Assembly: GCA_041750285.1 (NCBI GenBank)
Contig: JBGSZS010000002.1
Coordinates: 1-64,000, forward strand
Length of the DNA stretch: 64,000 bases
Reading direction: 5' to 3'
Origin: Candidatus Fermentibacteraceae bacterium
GTDB taxonomy: Bacteria > Fermentibacterota > Fermentibacteria > Fermentibacterales > JCC-6
Shown piece by piece: positions 32,957-41,905 of this stretch. The translations under genes were made by a program, and so were the position numbers. Under the pieces are notes generated by a model. It did no database searches and was not told the origin of the DNA. It was given only the letters and a program-made list of their open reading frames with translations. The first letter of the stretch is position 1. Each line of letters opens with the position of its first letter.

Positions 32957-34168
32957 CTTCGGGAACAGGCGGCTCCACGCCGCAACCACCAGGAGCGTTC
33001 CGATACCACCGCTCACGACGGAGAACACGGGGCCAAGGGCGTGGGCCACTATGCCTGACTCGAACCCACCAAGCTCGTTTGACGAGCCAATGAACACGGA
33101 ATTGACCGCCGAGACCCGTCCGCGCATCTCGTTGGGGGTCCTGAGCTGGACCAGTGTCTGCCTGATCACCACGCTCACGTTGTCGAAGAAGCCGGTAAGG
33201 AAAAGCATGATCCACGAGAGCCAGAAGCTGCGGGAAAACCCGAAAACGACAGTGGCCAGGCCGAAGGCGGCCACGCACATGAACAGGGTTCGTCCGGCCC
33301 GTCTCATTGGAGGCATGTGCGCCAGTATGAGGGCCATCAGGACCGAACCCGCGGCTGGCGCCGCCCTGAGCCACCCCAGCACCTCCTCGGGGCTCGAACC
33401 AAGCGGAGGGTTGGTGATGATGTCCCGGGCGAACACCGGTAGAAGATAGACCGCTCCGCCGAGAAGAACGGCGAACAAGTCAAGGGAGATGGCACCCAGG
33501 ATTACCTGTCTCTTCCAGACGAAACGTATTCCCTCAGCGATCTGGCTCCAGACCTTGCCCCTGGGTATCCGTGTCGATTCGGGGATCTTCATCCCGGACA
33601 GAAGAAGCATGAAGATGATGGTGGTGACTGCGCTGAAAATGTAAGCAGCTGGCACGCTTTGTGTTATGATGATACCCCCCGCGGCCGGGCCCAGCACGGC
33701 TGAAAGCTGAAAGGCAGTGGTGCGCCATTTCACGGCATTCTCGAACATCTCCTTGGGTACGATGACCGGAAGGATCGCCGACCACGCAGGGTTGGCGAGC
33801 CTGTGAAAGGACGCATCGAGGAAAAGAAGCGCGAACATCCAACCTATCGAGCCACGGGTGATGCTGAATACCGCCAGCGCAACCGAAGTCAGGGTGGTCC
33901 CGATCATTCCGGCCATCATCACCTTCCGTCTGTCGTAGGCATCGGCAAGGTATCCCGCCGGAAGTGTGAAAAGCAGCATGGGTACGGCTAGTGTCAGCCC
34001 GATCAGCCCGAGGTAGAGAGCCTGATCGGTTCGCTGGTACATCTCCCAGCCTATTGCGAGGCTCTGGGCTGAAGCCCCGATGTGCACCAGGGTGTTGCCG
34101 AGCAGGAGGCTCCTGAACGCGGCGACCGAAAAGGCCCTGTAGGGAGAATCAGCCTTTTTCAGATCCAT
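32933..34168 (-). CDS. MFS transporter (EntS/DHA3-like)
   Basis: About 12 TM segments, AGYLADAYDRR, PNEMRGRVSA; start approximate. Confidence 0.88.
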   Translation of the reverse strand: MDLKKADSPYRAFSVAAFRSLLLGNTLVHIGASAQSLAIGWEMYQRTDQALYLGLIGLTLAVPMLLFTLPAGYLADAYDRRKVMMAGMIGTTLTSVALAVFSITRGSIGWMFALLFLDASFHRLANPAWSAILPVIVPKEMFENAVKWRTTAFQLSAVLGPAAGGIIITQSVPAAYIFSAVTTIIFMLLLSGMKIPESTRIPRGKVWSQIAEGIRFVWKRQVILGAISLDLFAVLLGGAVYLLPVFARDIITNPPLGSSPEEVLGWLRAAPAAGSVLMALILAHMPPMRRAGRTLFMCVAAFGLATVVFGFSRSFWLSWIMLFLTGFFDNVSVVIRQTLVQLRTPNEMRGRVSAVNSVFIGSSNELGGFESGIVAHALGPVFSVVSGGIGTLLVVAAWSRLFPKLRRVDRL

Positions 34169-34295
34169 TCCGCCATTCTCCCCCGGGCGCATCGCCGTTC
34201 GATGAGAACCGTTGCGCAGACAGCTGTTATGATTGCCTTCACCGTGTAATATAATCCGGCAGGAATCCGGGTTGCGCACCAGAAGGATGGTCGGG

Positions 34296-35255
34296 ATGAA
34301 TCAGGGTAATGAAGGAACGGCAAGCATCGACGATCTCAGGAAGCTGGACATGCTTCAGTGGGTGGACATCGCCTCTGTTCAGGGTCTCCTGCAGAACTGC
34401 CCGGTGATGTCCCTTCAGACGGGAGAGGCCCTCCTCAAGGCAGGAACGGCCAATCGCACGATGTTCATGGTCCTCGAGGGGCGGTTCGGGGTCTACCTCG
34501 ACTCAAACTGCCGGGAATGCATAGCCGAGATTCCGGCAGGGGGAACCGTCGGGGAGTTGTCGGTCATCGACGAGAGACCCACCTCGGCAACTGTCAAAGC
34601 ACTGGAGCCCGGCAGGGTCCTGGCGGTTGACGAAGACATGTTCTGGCTGATAGTGGCCGCTTCACACGCCTTCTCCGCGAACCTGCTGGTGCTTCTTTCC
34701 AGCCGCATGAGGGAAACCAACCGGGCTGTTGCCAAGAACATCAAGCTGAGGCAGAGGTTCGAGAACGAGGCAAAGGTCGACATTCTGACCGGTCTTCACA
34801 ACAGAAGATGGTTCGACGAGAACCTTCCGCGGATGGTGGGAAGACATGAGCGTACCCATCAGCCCCTGTCCCTCCTGATGATGGATGTGGATGGGTTCAA
34901 GAGATACAATGACACACATGGTCATCAGGCAGGTGACGCGGCGCTGGCCAGGATCGGCTCGGTTCTTGGCGCCAGGATGCGGCCTACGGACCTCACTGCC
35001 AGGTATGGCGGCGAGGAGTTCGTGGTGATGCTTCCCCAGACGGATTCCGCAGGTGCATTGGTGGCGGCGGAGCGGGTACGGAATGCTGTTGCCGCTGAAA
35101 CGCCGTCGCTGCTTCTCTCAGGTGAACACCTGACGATCTCGGTCGGGATCGCGCAGTTGTCGACCGGCGAGACCCCCGAGTCTTTCGTTGCCAGAGCCGA
35201 CGCAGCCCTTTACAGGGCCAAGGCAGCCGGCAGGAACAGGTCTGAGATGGATTGA
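34296..35255 (+). CDS. cNMP-binding domain diguanylate cyclase
   Basis: VGELSVID..PTSATVKA (cNMP); DILTGLHNRR, RPTD I-site, GGEEF; start 34287 or 34296. Confidence 0.9.
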   Translation: MNQGNEGTASIDDLRKLDMLQWVDIASVQGLLQNCPVMSLQTGEALLKAGTANRTMFMVLEGRFGVYLDSNCRECIAEIPAGGTVGELSVIDERPTSATVKALEPGRVLAVDEDMFWLIVAASHAFSANLLVLLSSRMRETNRAVAKNIKLRQRFENEAKVDILTGLHNRRWFDENLPRMVGRHERTHQPLSLLMMDVDGFKRYNDTHGHQAGDAALARIGSVLGARMRPTDLTARYGGEEFVVMLPQTDSAGALVAAERVRNAVAAETPSLLLSGEHLTISVGIAQLSTGETPESFVARADAALYRAKAAGRNRSEMD

Positions 35256-35288
35256 GCCCCCGCCTTCATGACGGGGGCCCGGGTAACG

Positions 35289-36038
35289 TCAGAAGATGCA
35301 GAGAGCCGTGGTGCCTTCCCACGCGCTTCCGAGTGACTCGTACTCGCCTGTCATGGCATTGGTTTTCCAGAGGGAGCCCTGCCAGACGCAATAGACATGA
35401 TTGCCCCATGCGCCGAGTTCTGTGGCGCCCTCGTACCCGCCGCCGAGGCTCTCATAGTCTCCCGTGAAGGGGTCGACCCTGTAAAGCACGTCGCCCTGGA
35501 TCACGAAAAGCGCATCGGATGTTCCAGCCATGGCGGTGGTGCCCTGATAGCTGGAGGGCAGTTCGGTGAACTCGCCGGTCACGGGATCGGTACGGTAGAG
35601 ATAACCGTTCTGAAGCACCATCAGGGCGCCGCCTGCCCATGCCAGGTGGGTCGTTCCGACGTAGTCGCCGGGAACGGTTTCCCAGTCACCGTTCGAGGGG
35701 TCGATCCGGTAGATCAGATCGTTCTGGGCGGCGTAAAGCCAGCCCTGCCCTCCCGTGAGGGCGACCGTGCCGGTCCAGAGGTCGGTGAGTGCAGTCCAGG
35801 AGCCGCTTCTGTCCACTTTGTAAAGGCCGTCGCCCTGAATGGCGTACATGCTGCCGGAGCAGGACGCGAGGAGCTCGGTGCCGGCCCAGGTGTCGGACAG
35901 GGCAGTCCATGTGCCTGTGTTGGGGTCGGCCTGATACAGGACGTCGTCCTGGATGGCGTAGATGAACTCGGCCTGCGACAATGGAACGTGAAGGACGAAA
36001 ACGAGGGCTGCCACGGTCATGAGGCACGCATTCTTCAC
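35289..36038 (-). CDS. Secreted six-repeat beta-propeller protein
   Basis: Signal peptide; six ~37-aa repeats of the form LY.IQ...LY..DP..G.W..L...W.GT. Confidence 0.75.
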   Translation of the reverse strand: MKNACLMTVAALVFVLHVPLSQAEFIYAIQDDVLYQADPNTGTWTALSDTWAGTELLASCSGSMYAIQGDGLYKVDRSGSWTALTDLWTGTVALTGGQGWLYAAQNDLIYRIDPSNGDWETVPGDYVGTTHLAWAGGALMVLQNGYLYRTDPVTGEFTELPSSYQGTTAMAGTSDALFVIQGDVLYRVDPFTGDYESLGGGYEGATELGAWGNHVYCVWQGSLWKTNAMTGEYESLGSAWEGTTALCIF

Positions 36039-36069
36039 AGTCTCTCCTTTCGGCTGGGGTTCAACCGGA

Positions 36070-36855
36070 TTATAGCAGCACCGGAAGGTTTTTCAAGCGG
36101 CCCGCCTCGCACTTCCAACCCGGCATGACCGTGTCCAGCAGATGTTTGAAACCGGGTCCGTGATCGTGGTGAAGTGTGTGGCACAACTCGTGAACGACAA
36201 CGTAGTCGATGCACGTGAGTGGTGCCTTCACCAGCTGCGTGTTGAAGACTATCGAGTTTCCGCGTGAGCAGCTGCCCCATCTGCTTCTCATCCACCTGAA
36301 CCGCACCTCGTGACGGGGCAGGACCGGCAACCGGGGGCTCCATACCCCCAGCCTTTCACCGATGATTGTTTCCGCCTGCTTCCTGTACCATCGGCGAGCA
36401 GTTCTCTCGAGCGTCTCCGGGTTTTCCGGGGCCGGACATGAGACCACGATCCTTCCCTCCGAAAGGGTCACCCCGTATCGACCAGCCCTTACGGGAACAA
36501 GTGTGAAGGGGTTGCCCAGGAAGTGGTGTACGGCACCGGGCAGGTAGATCGCCGGAAGGGGCGGTGCCACGGCAAGCCGTTCCAGATGCCGGGTGATCCA
36601 CCCGCTCTTTTCCAGAAGAACCTTTTCCACAAAGGCTGTCTCCGTCGCAAGAGGTGCGGTGACCCGAACCCTGCCGTCCGGTCGGATCCTTATCGTGATC
36701 CGCTTTCTGGGCTCGAAGACGACCTCGGCCATGATCGCGCCGACCGGAGCCGGAAGCGCAAGTTCGATCGACCTCGGCGGGCTGTTCCTTTCATGGTGTG
36801 CGAAGGGGAACGGGCGGCTCCATCCGGTTCCTCCCCTGTCAGTAGCCGAGTTCAA
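36070..36855 (-). CDS. M48/SprT-like (YgjP/DUF45) metal-dependent hydrolase
   Basis: MRSRWGSCS, DYVVVHELCH...HDHGP.F; true start may be downstream. Confidence 0.85.
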   Translation of the reverse strand: MNSATDRGGTGWSRPFPFAHHERNSPPRSIELALPAPVGAIMAEVVFEPRKRITIRIRPDGRVRVTAPLATETAFVEKVLLEKSGWITRHLERLAVAPPLPAIYLPGAVHHFLGNPFTLVPVRAGRYGVTLSEGRIVVSCPAPENPETLERTARRWYRKQAETIIGERLGVWSPRLPVLPRHEVRFRWMRSRWGSCSRGNSIVFNTQLVKAPLTCIDYVVVHELCHTLHHDHGPGFKHLLDTVMPGWKCEAGRLKNLPVLL

Positions 36856-37780
36856 CGTTCACCGGGTTTGGAACAGGCTTGCCTTCCGCTGCGGAAATGA
36901 TCGCCCGGACGATCTCCAGGGTCCTTTTCCGCTCGAGCTCCGGAACACCGTAGGCACCGGCGCGATGAGGGCTCATAACAACGTTGGGCAGCTCGTGGAA
37001 AGGCATGTTTGATGGCATGGTGTTTTCGGGGTCTCCAGGGTACCTGTACCAGACATCAAGGCCGGCGGCTCCTATTTCGCCCCTGGCCAGAGCGTTGTAG
37101 AGGGGTTCCTCCGAGATAACTTCCGCCCGCCCCACATTCACCAGCACGCTCCGGCGGTGCATCAGGGAAAGTTGATGCGCGCCTATCATGTCACGGGTCT
37201 CCCCTGTCAGCGGCAGGCAGCATGCCAGGAAATCGGTCTTCTCAAGGAACTCGTCAAGAACTTCAGGGAGGTGAATCGCCGGGTCGGGATCGGGGTTTCT
37301 CCGAATGCCATCAACGGTTGCCCCGAGCGCTTCGCAACCCCTTCGCAGAAGGGTTCCGATGTTTCCGTACCCCAGTATGAGAACCCTGGACCCCCCAAGC
37401 AGAATTGTACTGCCCGGGGAGTATCTTGGAGACCAGTCACCCCTTCGCAGGGCCGTGTCGGCAACGTTAAGCCCCCGTGCGGCGGCGAGCATGAGGGCAA
37501 GCGCGGTTTCGGATGCAGCCCCGGCGTTGTGGTGAAGGTTGTGAACCCTGATGGACCGGAAGTCACGAAGAAGGTCGAGGGTCTGCACGGGAACGCCAGC
37601 GAAGGGCAGCAGAAGGATTGAAGGTGAGCAGCAGCGAAGAAGCTCGGCTGTGGGTCTTCCCGACACCACCATGTCCACCGGTGACGGAATCCGGCCTATG
37701 ACGATGCCGCCAGGCAGACGGGCTTCGATTTCGGCGAGTTGATCGGCGTTCCAATCCCCGGGCACGTGAACTCGGTACAT
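36839..37780 (-). CDS. D-2-hydroxyacid dehydrogenase family protein
   Basis: LGYGNIG, LPLTGET, LVNVGR, AAGLDVW, SPHRAG. Confidence 0.9.
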   Translation of the reverse strand: MYRVHVPGDWNADQLAEIEARLPGGIVIGRIPSPVDMVVSGRPTAELLRCCSPSILLLPFAGVPVQTLDLLRDFRSIRVHNLHHNAGAASETALALMLAAARGLNVADTALRRGDWSPRYSPGSTILLGGSRVLILGYGNIGTLLRRGCEALGATVDGIRRNPDPDPAIHLPEVLDEFLEKTDFLACCLPLTGETRDMIGAHQLSLMHRRSVLVNVGRAEVISEEPLYNALARGEIGAAGLDVWYRYPGDPENTMPSNMPFHELPNVVMSPHRAGAYGVPELERKRTLEIVRAIISAAEGKPVPNPVNVELGY

Positions 37781-37792
37781 CCCTTATTCCCG

Positions 37793-38482
37793 TCAGATTC
37801 GGACGGTCACCTCGGAAGCATACTTCCTGGCCTCGTCCGCCAGATCCTCCAGCATCAGGGTGGGATACGGTTTGAGATCGCTCATGGACCGGGAAAGGGT
37901 TTTTCCGGGTCTGAACTGCTGGATGACGAACCGTTTCACCGGACCCAGAACGGACAGTATCTCCCTGATGTCATCGGGCGTCACCAGGTCGGGAACCATT
38001 GTGGTCCTGAATTCGTAGTCACTGAAACCCTTGACGATCTCCACGCTTTCCGACACATCGGAGAATCTCGCGCCCCCCCCGGTGGCCAGGGGATACTTGT
38101 CAGGGGATGTCTTGATGTCCATGGCGACGTAGTTCACGTGAGGCAGGGAATCCGCGAGCCGGTCGGGGAACGTTCCGTTGGTGTCCAGTTTCACGAGAAG
38201 ACCGGTTTCCGTGCATATCCTTCCAAGAAGCCCAACCGTCTCCCGGTGGAACAGGGGCTCCCCACCAGTGACTGACACTGCGTCGATGAAGCCCCTTCTT
38301 TTATGAAGCGATTGCACGACGTCGTCATCGCTGATGGAGAACTGATGGTCAAGAAGGTCGGGCAGAACCAGTTCCGGATTATGGCAGAAGGGGCATGAGA
38401 GGTTGCATCCCCCAGAGAAGATGACGGCGCTTATCCTGCCCGGATACTCTATCAGGCTTGTTCCGACTATGGAGCGGATCAA
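37793..38482 (-). CDS. nrdG: Anaerobic ribonucleotide reductase activating radical SAM enzyme
   Basis: GCNLSCPFCHNP, TGGEP, KLDTNG, YEFRTT; follows the nrdD genes. Confidence 0.9.
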   Translation of the reverse strand: MIRSIVGTSLIEYPGRISAVIFSGGCNLSCPFCHNPELVLPDLLDHQFSISDDDVVQSLHKRRGFIDAVSVTGGEPLFHRETVGLLGRICTETGLLVKLDTNGTFPDRLADSLPHVNYVAMDIKTSPDKYPLATGGGARFSDVSESVEIVKGFSDYEFRTTMVPDLVTPDDIREILSVLGPVKRFVIQQFRPGKTLSRSMSDLKPYPTLMLEDLADEARKYASEVTVRI

Positions 38483-38631
38483 TCCTTCTTGTCCTTTTCT
38501 TCCGGTTCGATGTCAACGTATTCCCTGAGGCTGAACTCCTCCTGCTTGCCACGGTTCCAGTCCTGAACCGGTCTGTAGTAGCCAACGACGCGGGAGTATA
38601 TCTCGGTCTTTACTGCCTTCACCTTCTCCAT
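38479..38631 (-). CDS. Stand-alone 50-aa NrdD glycyl-radical domain (not in ORF track)
   Basis: Manual translation MEKVKAVKTEIYSRVVGYYRPVQDWNRGKQEEFSLREYVDIEPEEKDKKD*; GGTGGAG RBS; overlaps the nrdD stop and the nrdG start. Confidence 0.9.
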   Translation of the reverse strand: MEKVKAVKTEIYSRVVGYYRPVQDWNRGKQEEFSLREYVDIEPEEKDKKD

Positions 38632-40745
38632 CACAACTCCACCTTGTCCATGTTGAGAAACAGGCTTCCCTGCTTCACCGTCTGCCGTTCATCGGCCAGT
38701 GTTCTGTAACTTCCCTCGGGGAGCGGTTCGGTGCAGTCCAGCACCTCGCCGTAGATTTCCAGTTCCTCGTCGCTGTGGGGGTGGGGGCATAAGCCGTGCT
38801 CGCCGGCGATGTACCCATGCACGGGGCAGACGCTGAACGTGGGAGTGAAGCTGAAGTAGGGGAGATGGAAACGGCTGACGATCCTCTTCGCCAGCGTCCT
38901 GACCATCCTCCAGTCCCTGATCGCTTCCCCCATGAAGATGTGCACCACGGTTCCCCCCGTGAACTTCGTCTGAAGAGGGTCCTGGTGTTCGAGAAGGCTG
39001 TAGACGTCCATCGGAGTGCTCACCGGAAGATGAACCGAGTTGGTGTAGAAGGGGTTGGAACAGCCCTGGGTGACTATGCCGGGGAATTGCTGGATGTCCT
39101 TGTTGGCCAGACTGTAACTTGCCCCCTCAGCCGGCGATGCCTCGAGATTGTAGAAATTGCCGGTGGTCTGCTGGAACTCTTCGAGCTTGACCCTCATGAA
39201 ATCAAGTACCTGTATCGCCCAGTTCCTCGATTCCTCGGATGAAATGCCCGAACCGAGGAAGTTGAGGCACGCCTCGTTCATGCCGATGAGCCCTATCGTG
39301 CTGAAGTGGTTGGCCCAGTAGCTGCCCGAAGCCTCACGGACCTCGGACAGGTAGTGCCTCGTGTATGGATAGAGCCCCCGCTCGGTGAGTTCCTCGATGA
39401 ACTTCCGTTTCAGCTCAAGGGATTCCCTGGCAGCTTCCATCACCGAGGCGAGACGGCTTTCAAAACGTTCCATGCTTCCCCTGGTCATGTAGGCTATGCG
39501 GGGGAGGTTTATGGTCACGACGCCTATGGATCCGGTCAGTGGGTTTGCGCCGAACAACCCGCCGCCCCGCCGCCTGAGTTCCCTGTTGTCCAGGCGGAGG
39601 CGGCAGCACATGCTCCTTGCGTCCTCCGGGTTCATGTCCGAGTTGACGAAGTTGCTGAAGTAGGGGATGCCATACTTTCCCGTCATCTCCCAGAGAGGCT
39701 GGAGTTCGTCGTCATCCCAGTCGAAATCGCGTGTGAGGTTGTAGGTCGGGATGGGGAACGTGAAGATTCTTCCCCTGGCGTCGCCCTTCATCATGAGGTC
39801 GCAGAAGGCCCGGTTGAAGAGGTTCATCTCCTCCTGGAACTCGCCGTAGGTTTCGGATCTCTCCTCACCCCCGACGACAACCTTCATGTCGCGATGGGTC
39901 ACCGGAACCCTGAGGTCCATGGTGATGTTTGTGAAAGGGGTCTGAAAACCGACCCGCGTGGGGATGTTCACGTTGAAGAGGAACTCCTGTATGCACTGCC
40001 TTACCCTCTTGTAGTCGAGCCCGTCATATCTGATGTAGGGCGCCAGAAGGGTGTCGAAATTGCTGAACGCCTGGGCGCCTGCAGCCTCGCCTTGAAGAGT
40101 GTAGAAAAAGTTCACGACCTGCCCCAGAGCTGTCCTGAGATGTGCGGGCGGGGATGACTCGATCTTTCCCCTGGCTCCCCTGAATCCCTCCCGGAGCAGG
40201 GTTTGGAGGTCCCATCCCACGCAGTAGGGTCCGAGGATCCCCAGATCGTGGATGTGGACATCCCCGTTTTCCTGGTACTCCCGGATTCTTGGTGTGTATA
40301 TCTTTGTCAACCAGTACCTTGCGGTGATGGATGAGGAAAGGTAGAAGTTCAGCCCCTGAAGGCTGTAGTTCATGTTGCTGTTTTCGTTTACGCGCCAGTC
40401 CTGGCGGCCCAGGTAGTCTGCGATGAGGTTGTCCACACCGCTGAAGATCGAGTTGACCTCCCTGGCCTCGTTGCGTTTTTCCCGGTAGAGGATGAACTGC
40501 TTTGCCGCAGCGGGAAGATTCCGGAGGATGAGGGTTTCCTCGATGCAGTCCTGTATCCTCTCGACGGTCGGGATGGTTCCGCCCTTGAAGTAGTTCATGT
40601 ACAGGGACGTTTCGACCTGGTCAGCCATCTCCCGCGGCACGCCCGGGGTCTCCGAGGCTTCGAGGGCCTTTCTGATGGCCTGCTCTATCTTGACTTTTCC
40701 GTATGCCTGTATTGAACCGTCGCGTTTTCTGACAAGCCAGTCCAT
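38631..40745 (-). CDS. nrdD: Class III ribonucleoside-triphosphate reductase catalytic subunit (ATP cone; lacks Gly-radical loop)
   Basis: VRKRDG ATP cone, HIHDL, YCVGW, SMCCRL, YTNS, FTGGT, CPVHGY; ATG at 40745 with GGAGG RBS. Confidence 0.93.
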   Translation of the reverse strand: MDWLVRKRDGSIQAYGKVKIEQAIRKALEASETPGVPREMADQVETSLYMNYFKGGTIPTVERIQDCIEETLILRNLPAAAKQFILYREKRNEAREVNSIFSGVDNLIADYLGRQDWRVNENSNMNYSLQGLNFYLSSSITARYWLTKIYTPRIREYQENGDVHIHDLGILGPYCVGWDLQTLLREGFRGARGKIESSPPAHLRTALGQVVNFFYTLQGEAAGAQAFSNFDTLLAPYIRYDGLDYKRVRQCIQEFLFNVNIPTRVGFQTPFTNITMDLRVPVTHRDMKVVVGGEERSETYGEFQEEMNLFNRAFCDLMMKGDARGRIFTFPIPTYNLTRDFDWDDDELQPLWEMTGKYGIPYFSNFVNSDMNPEDARSMCCRLRLDNRELRRRGGGLFGANPLTGSIGVVTINLPRIAYMTRGSMERFESRLASVMEAARESLELKRKFIEELTERGLYPYTRHYLSEVREASGSYWANHFSTIGLIGMNEACLNFLGSGISSEESRNWAIQVLDFMRVKLEEFQQTTGNFYNLEASPAEGASYSLANKDIQQFPGIVTQGCSNPFYTNSVHLPVSTPMDVYSLLEHQDPLQTKFTGGTVVHIFMGEAIRDWRMVRTLAKRIVSRFHLPYFSFTPTFSVCPVHGYIAGEHGLCPHPHSDEELEIYGEVLDCTEPLPEGSYRTLADERQTVKQGSLFLNMDKVEL

Positions 40746-40822
40746 CACCCCTCCCCCGAGCTTTTTTGCCTCCCCTGACAGAGGCGAAGATAACAGTATG
40801 ACAACCCGGGTCAAGGGAAACA

Positions 40823-40983
40823 CCACAACAGGTTGTGTTGAAGATGATGCGCGACATCTATATATAGAGCTATCTTGTTCATCTCCAAGTACATGCGGTT
40901 TTCGTCCACGGATGAGGCTTTTCCGCGGCGACAGGGAGCCTTTTTCCCGCTTTGCCCTGACCTTCGAATACAATATGTTGTGG
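40823..40983. promoter_or_regulatory. Three NrdR boxes upstream of nrdD
   Basis: ccaCAAcAGgTTGtgt (40823), catCTAtATaTAGagc (40855, 32 bp later), ataCAAtATgTTGtgg (40968); consensus acaCwAtATaTwGtgt. Confidence 0.75.
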
Positions 40984-41008
40984 CTGGCGGTGGAGGCGCC
41001 CCTTTCAT

Positions 41009-41884
41009 ATGGATGGAAACTCGCAGGCAGTGGTGCGCGCTCTGGGCGCAGTGGTTCTGTGGTCGACCGCAGCATCCGCGTTCAGGCTCTCGCTTGATCA
41101 CGGCACGCCCTGGCAGGTTCTTGTTGTGGCTTCCGCAACATCCACTGCAGTTTTTCTGGCGGCGTTCCTCCATGGAGGCGGCGGTTTCACCCGCAGGGAT
41201 CTTCGGCCGGCTGCACTGCGGGGGGTTTTGAACCCGTTCCTGTACTACCTTGTCCTTCTTTCTGCGTACAACGGGCTGCCCGCACAGATCGCCATGGTCG
41301 TAAACTACCTCTGGCCGCTTACCCTGACGCTCCTGGCAGTCCCTCTGCTGGGACAGAAGCTTACCGCGGGAGCTCTGGGAGGTATCGCAGTGAGTTTCTC
41401 GGGCGTGGCGCTGATGGCTCTGCTGCGTGGCGGAACGTCAGGCGTTGTTCCGCTTTTTCCCCTGGCGCTCGCTTTCACCAGCACAGTAATCTGGGCGCTG
41501 TCGTGGATACTCAACACGAGGGCGGAAGGCCCGGTTGCGAGGAACCTGTTCCTTAACTTCTGTTTCGGAACCCTCTATCTGGTCGTCTGGGGCTTTCTGA
41601 CCGGCGAGGGTTTCCCCGCAAAACGCGAAGTCCTCTTGGGCGGCTGTTACATCGGCGTTTTTGAGATGGGGCTGGCGTTCCTGCTGTGGAACACCGCCCT
41701 GAAAAGAAGTGACAGGGCATCACGGGTGAGCGGTCTGATATACATCACGCCGTTTCTTAGCCTTGGCGTGATAGCCCTCACGGTACGCGAGCCCATCGCG
41801 CCCGCCACGGTACTGGGGCTGGTGCTTGTGATCGCAGGCATACTGATCGGGAGCCGGCCGGGAAAGGCCGCCGCATGCCTGTGA
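41009..41884 (+). CDS. DMT/EamA family transporter
   Basis: About 10 TM segments in two EamA halves; NYLWP, YITPFLS. Confidence 0.88.
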   Translation: MDGNSQAVVRALGAVVLWSTAASAFRLSLDHGTPWQVLVVASATSTAVFLAAFLHGGGGFTRRDLRPAALRGVLNPFLYYLVLLSAYNGLPAQIAMVVNYLWPLTLTLLAVPLLGQKLTAGALGGIAVSFSGVALMALLRGGTSGVVPLFPLALAFTSTVIWALSWILNTRAEGPVARNLFLNFCFGTLYLVVWGFLTGEGFPAKREVLLGGCYIGVFEMGLAFLLWNTALKRSDRASRVSGLIYITPFLSLGVIALTVREPIAPATVLGLVLVIAGILIGSRPGKAAACL

Positions 41885-41905
41885 TGTCTTCCCTGCCCCG
41901 GGGCG

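Noticed and set aside
40746..41075. 110-aa N-terminal extension of NrdD in the ORF track
   Set aside because: It spans the promoter and NrdR boxes and overlaps the EamA gene; the ATP cone and RBS point to a start at 40745
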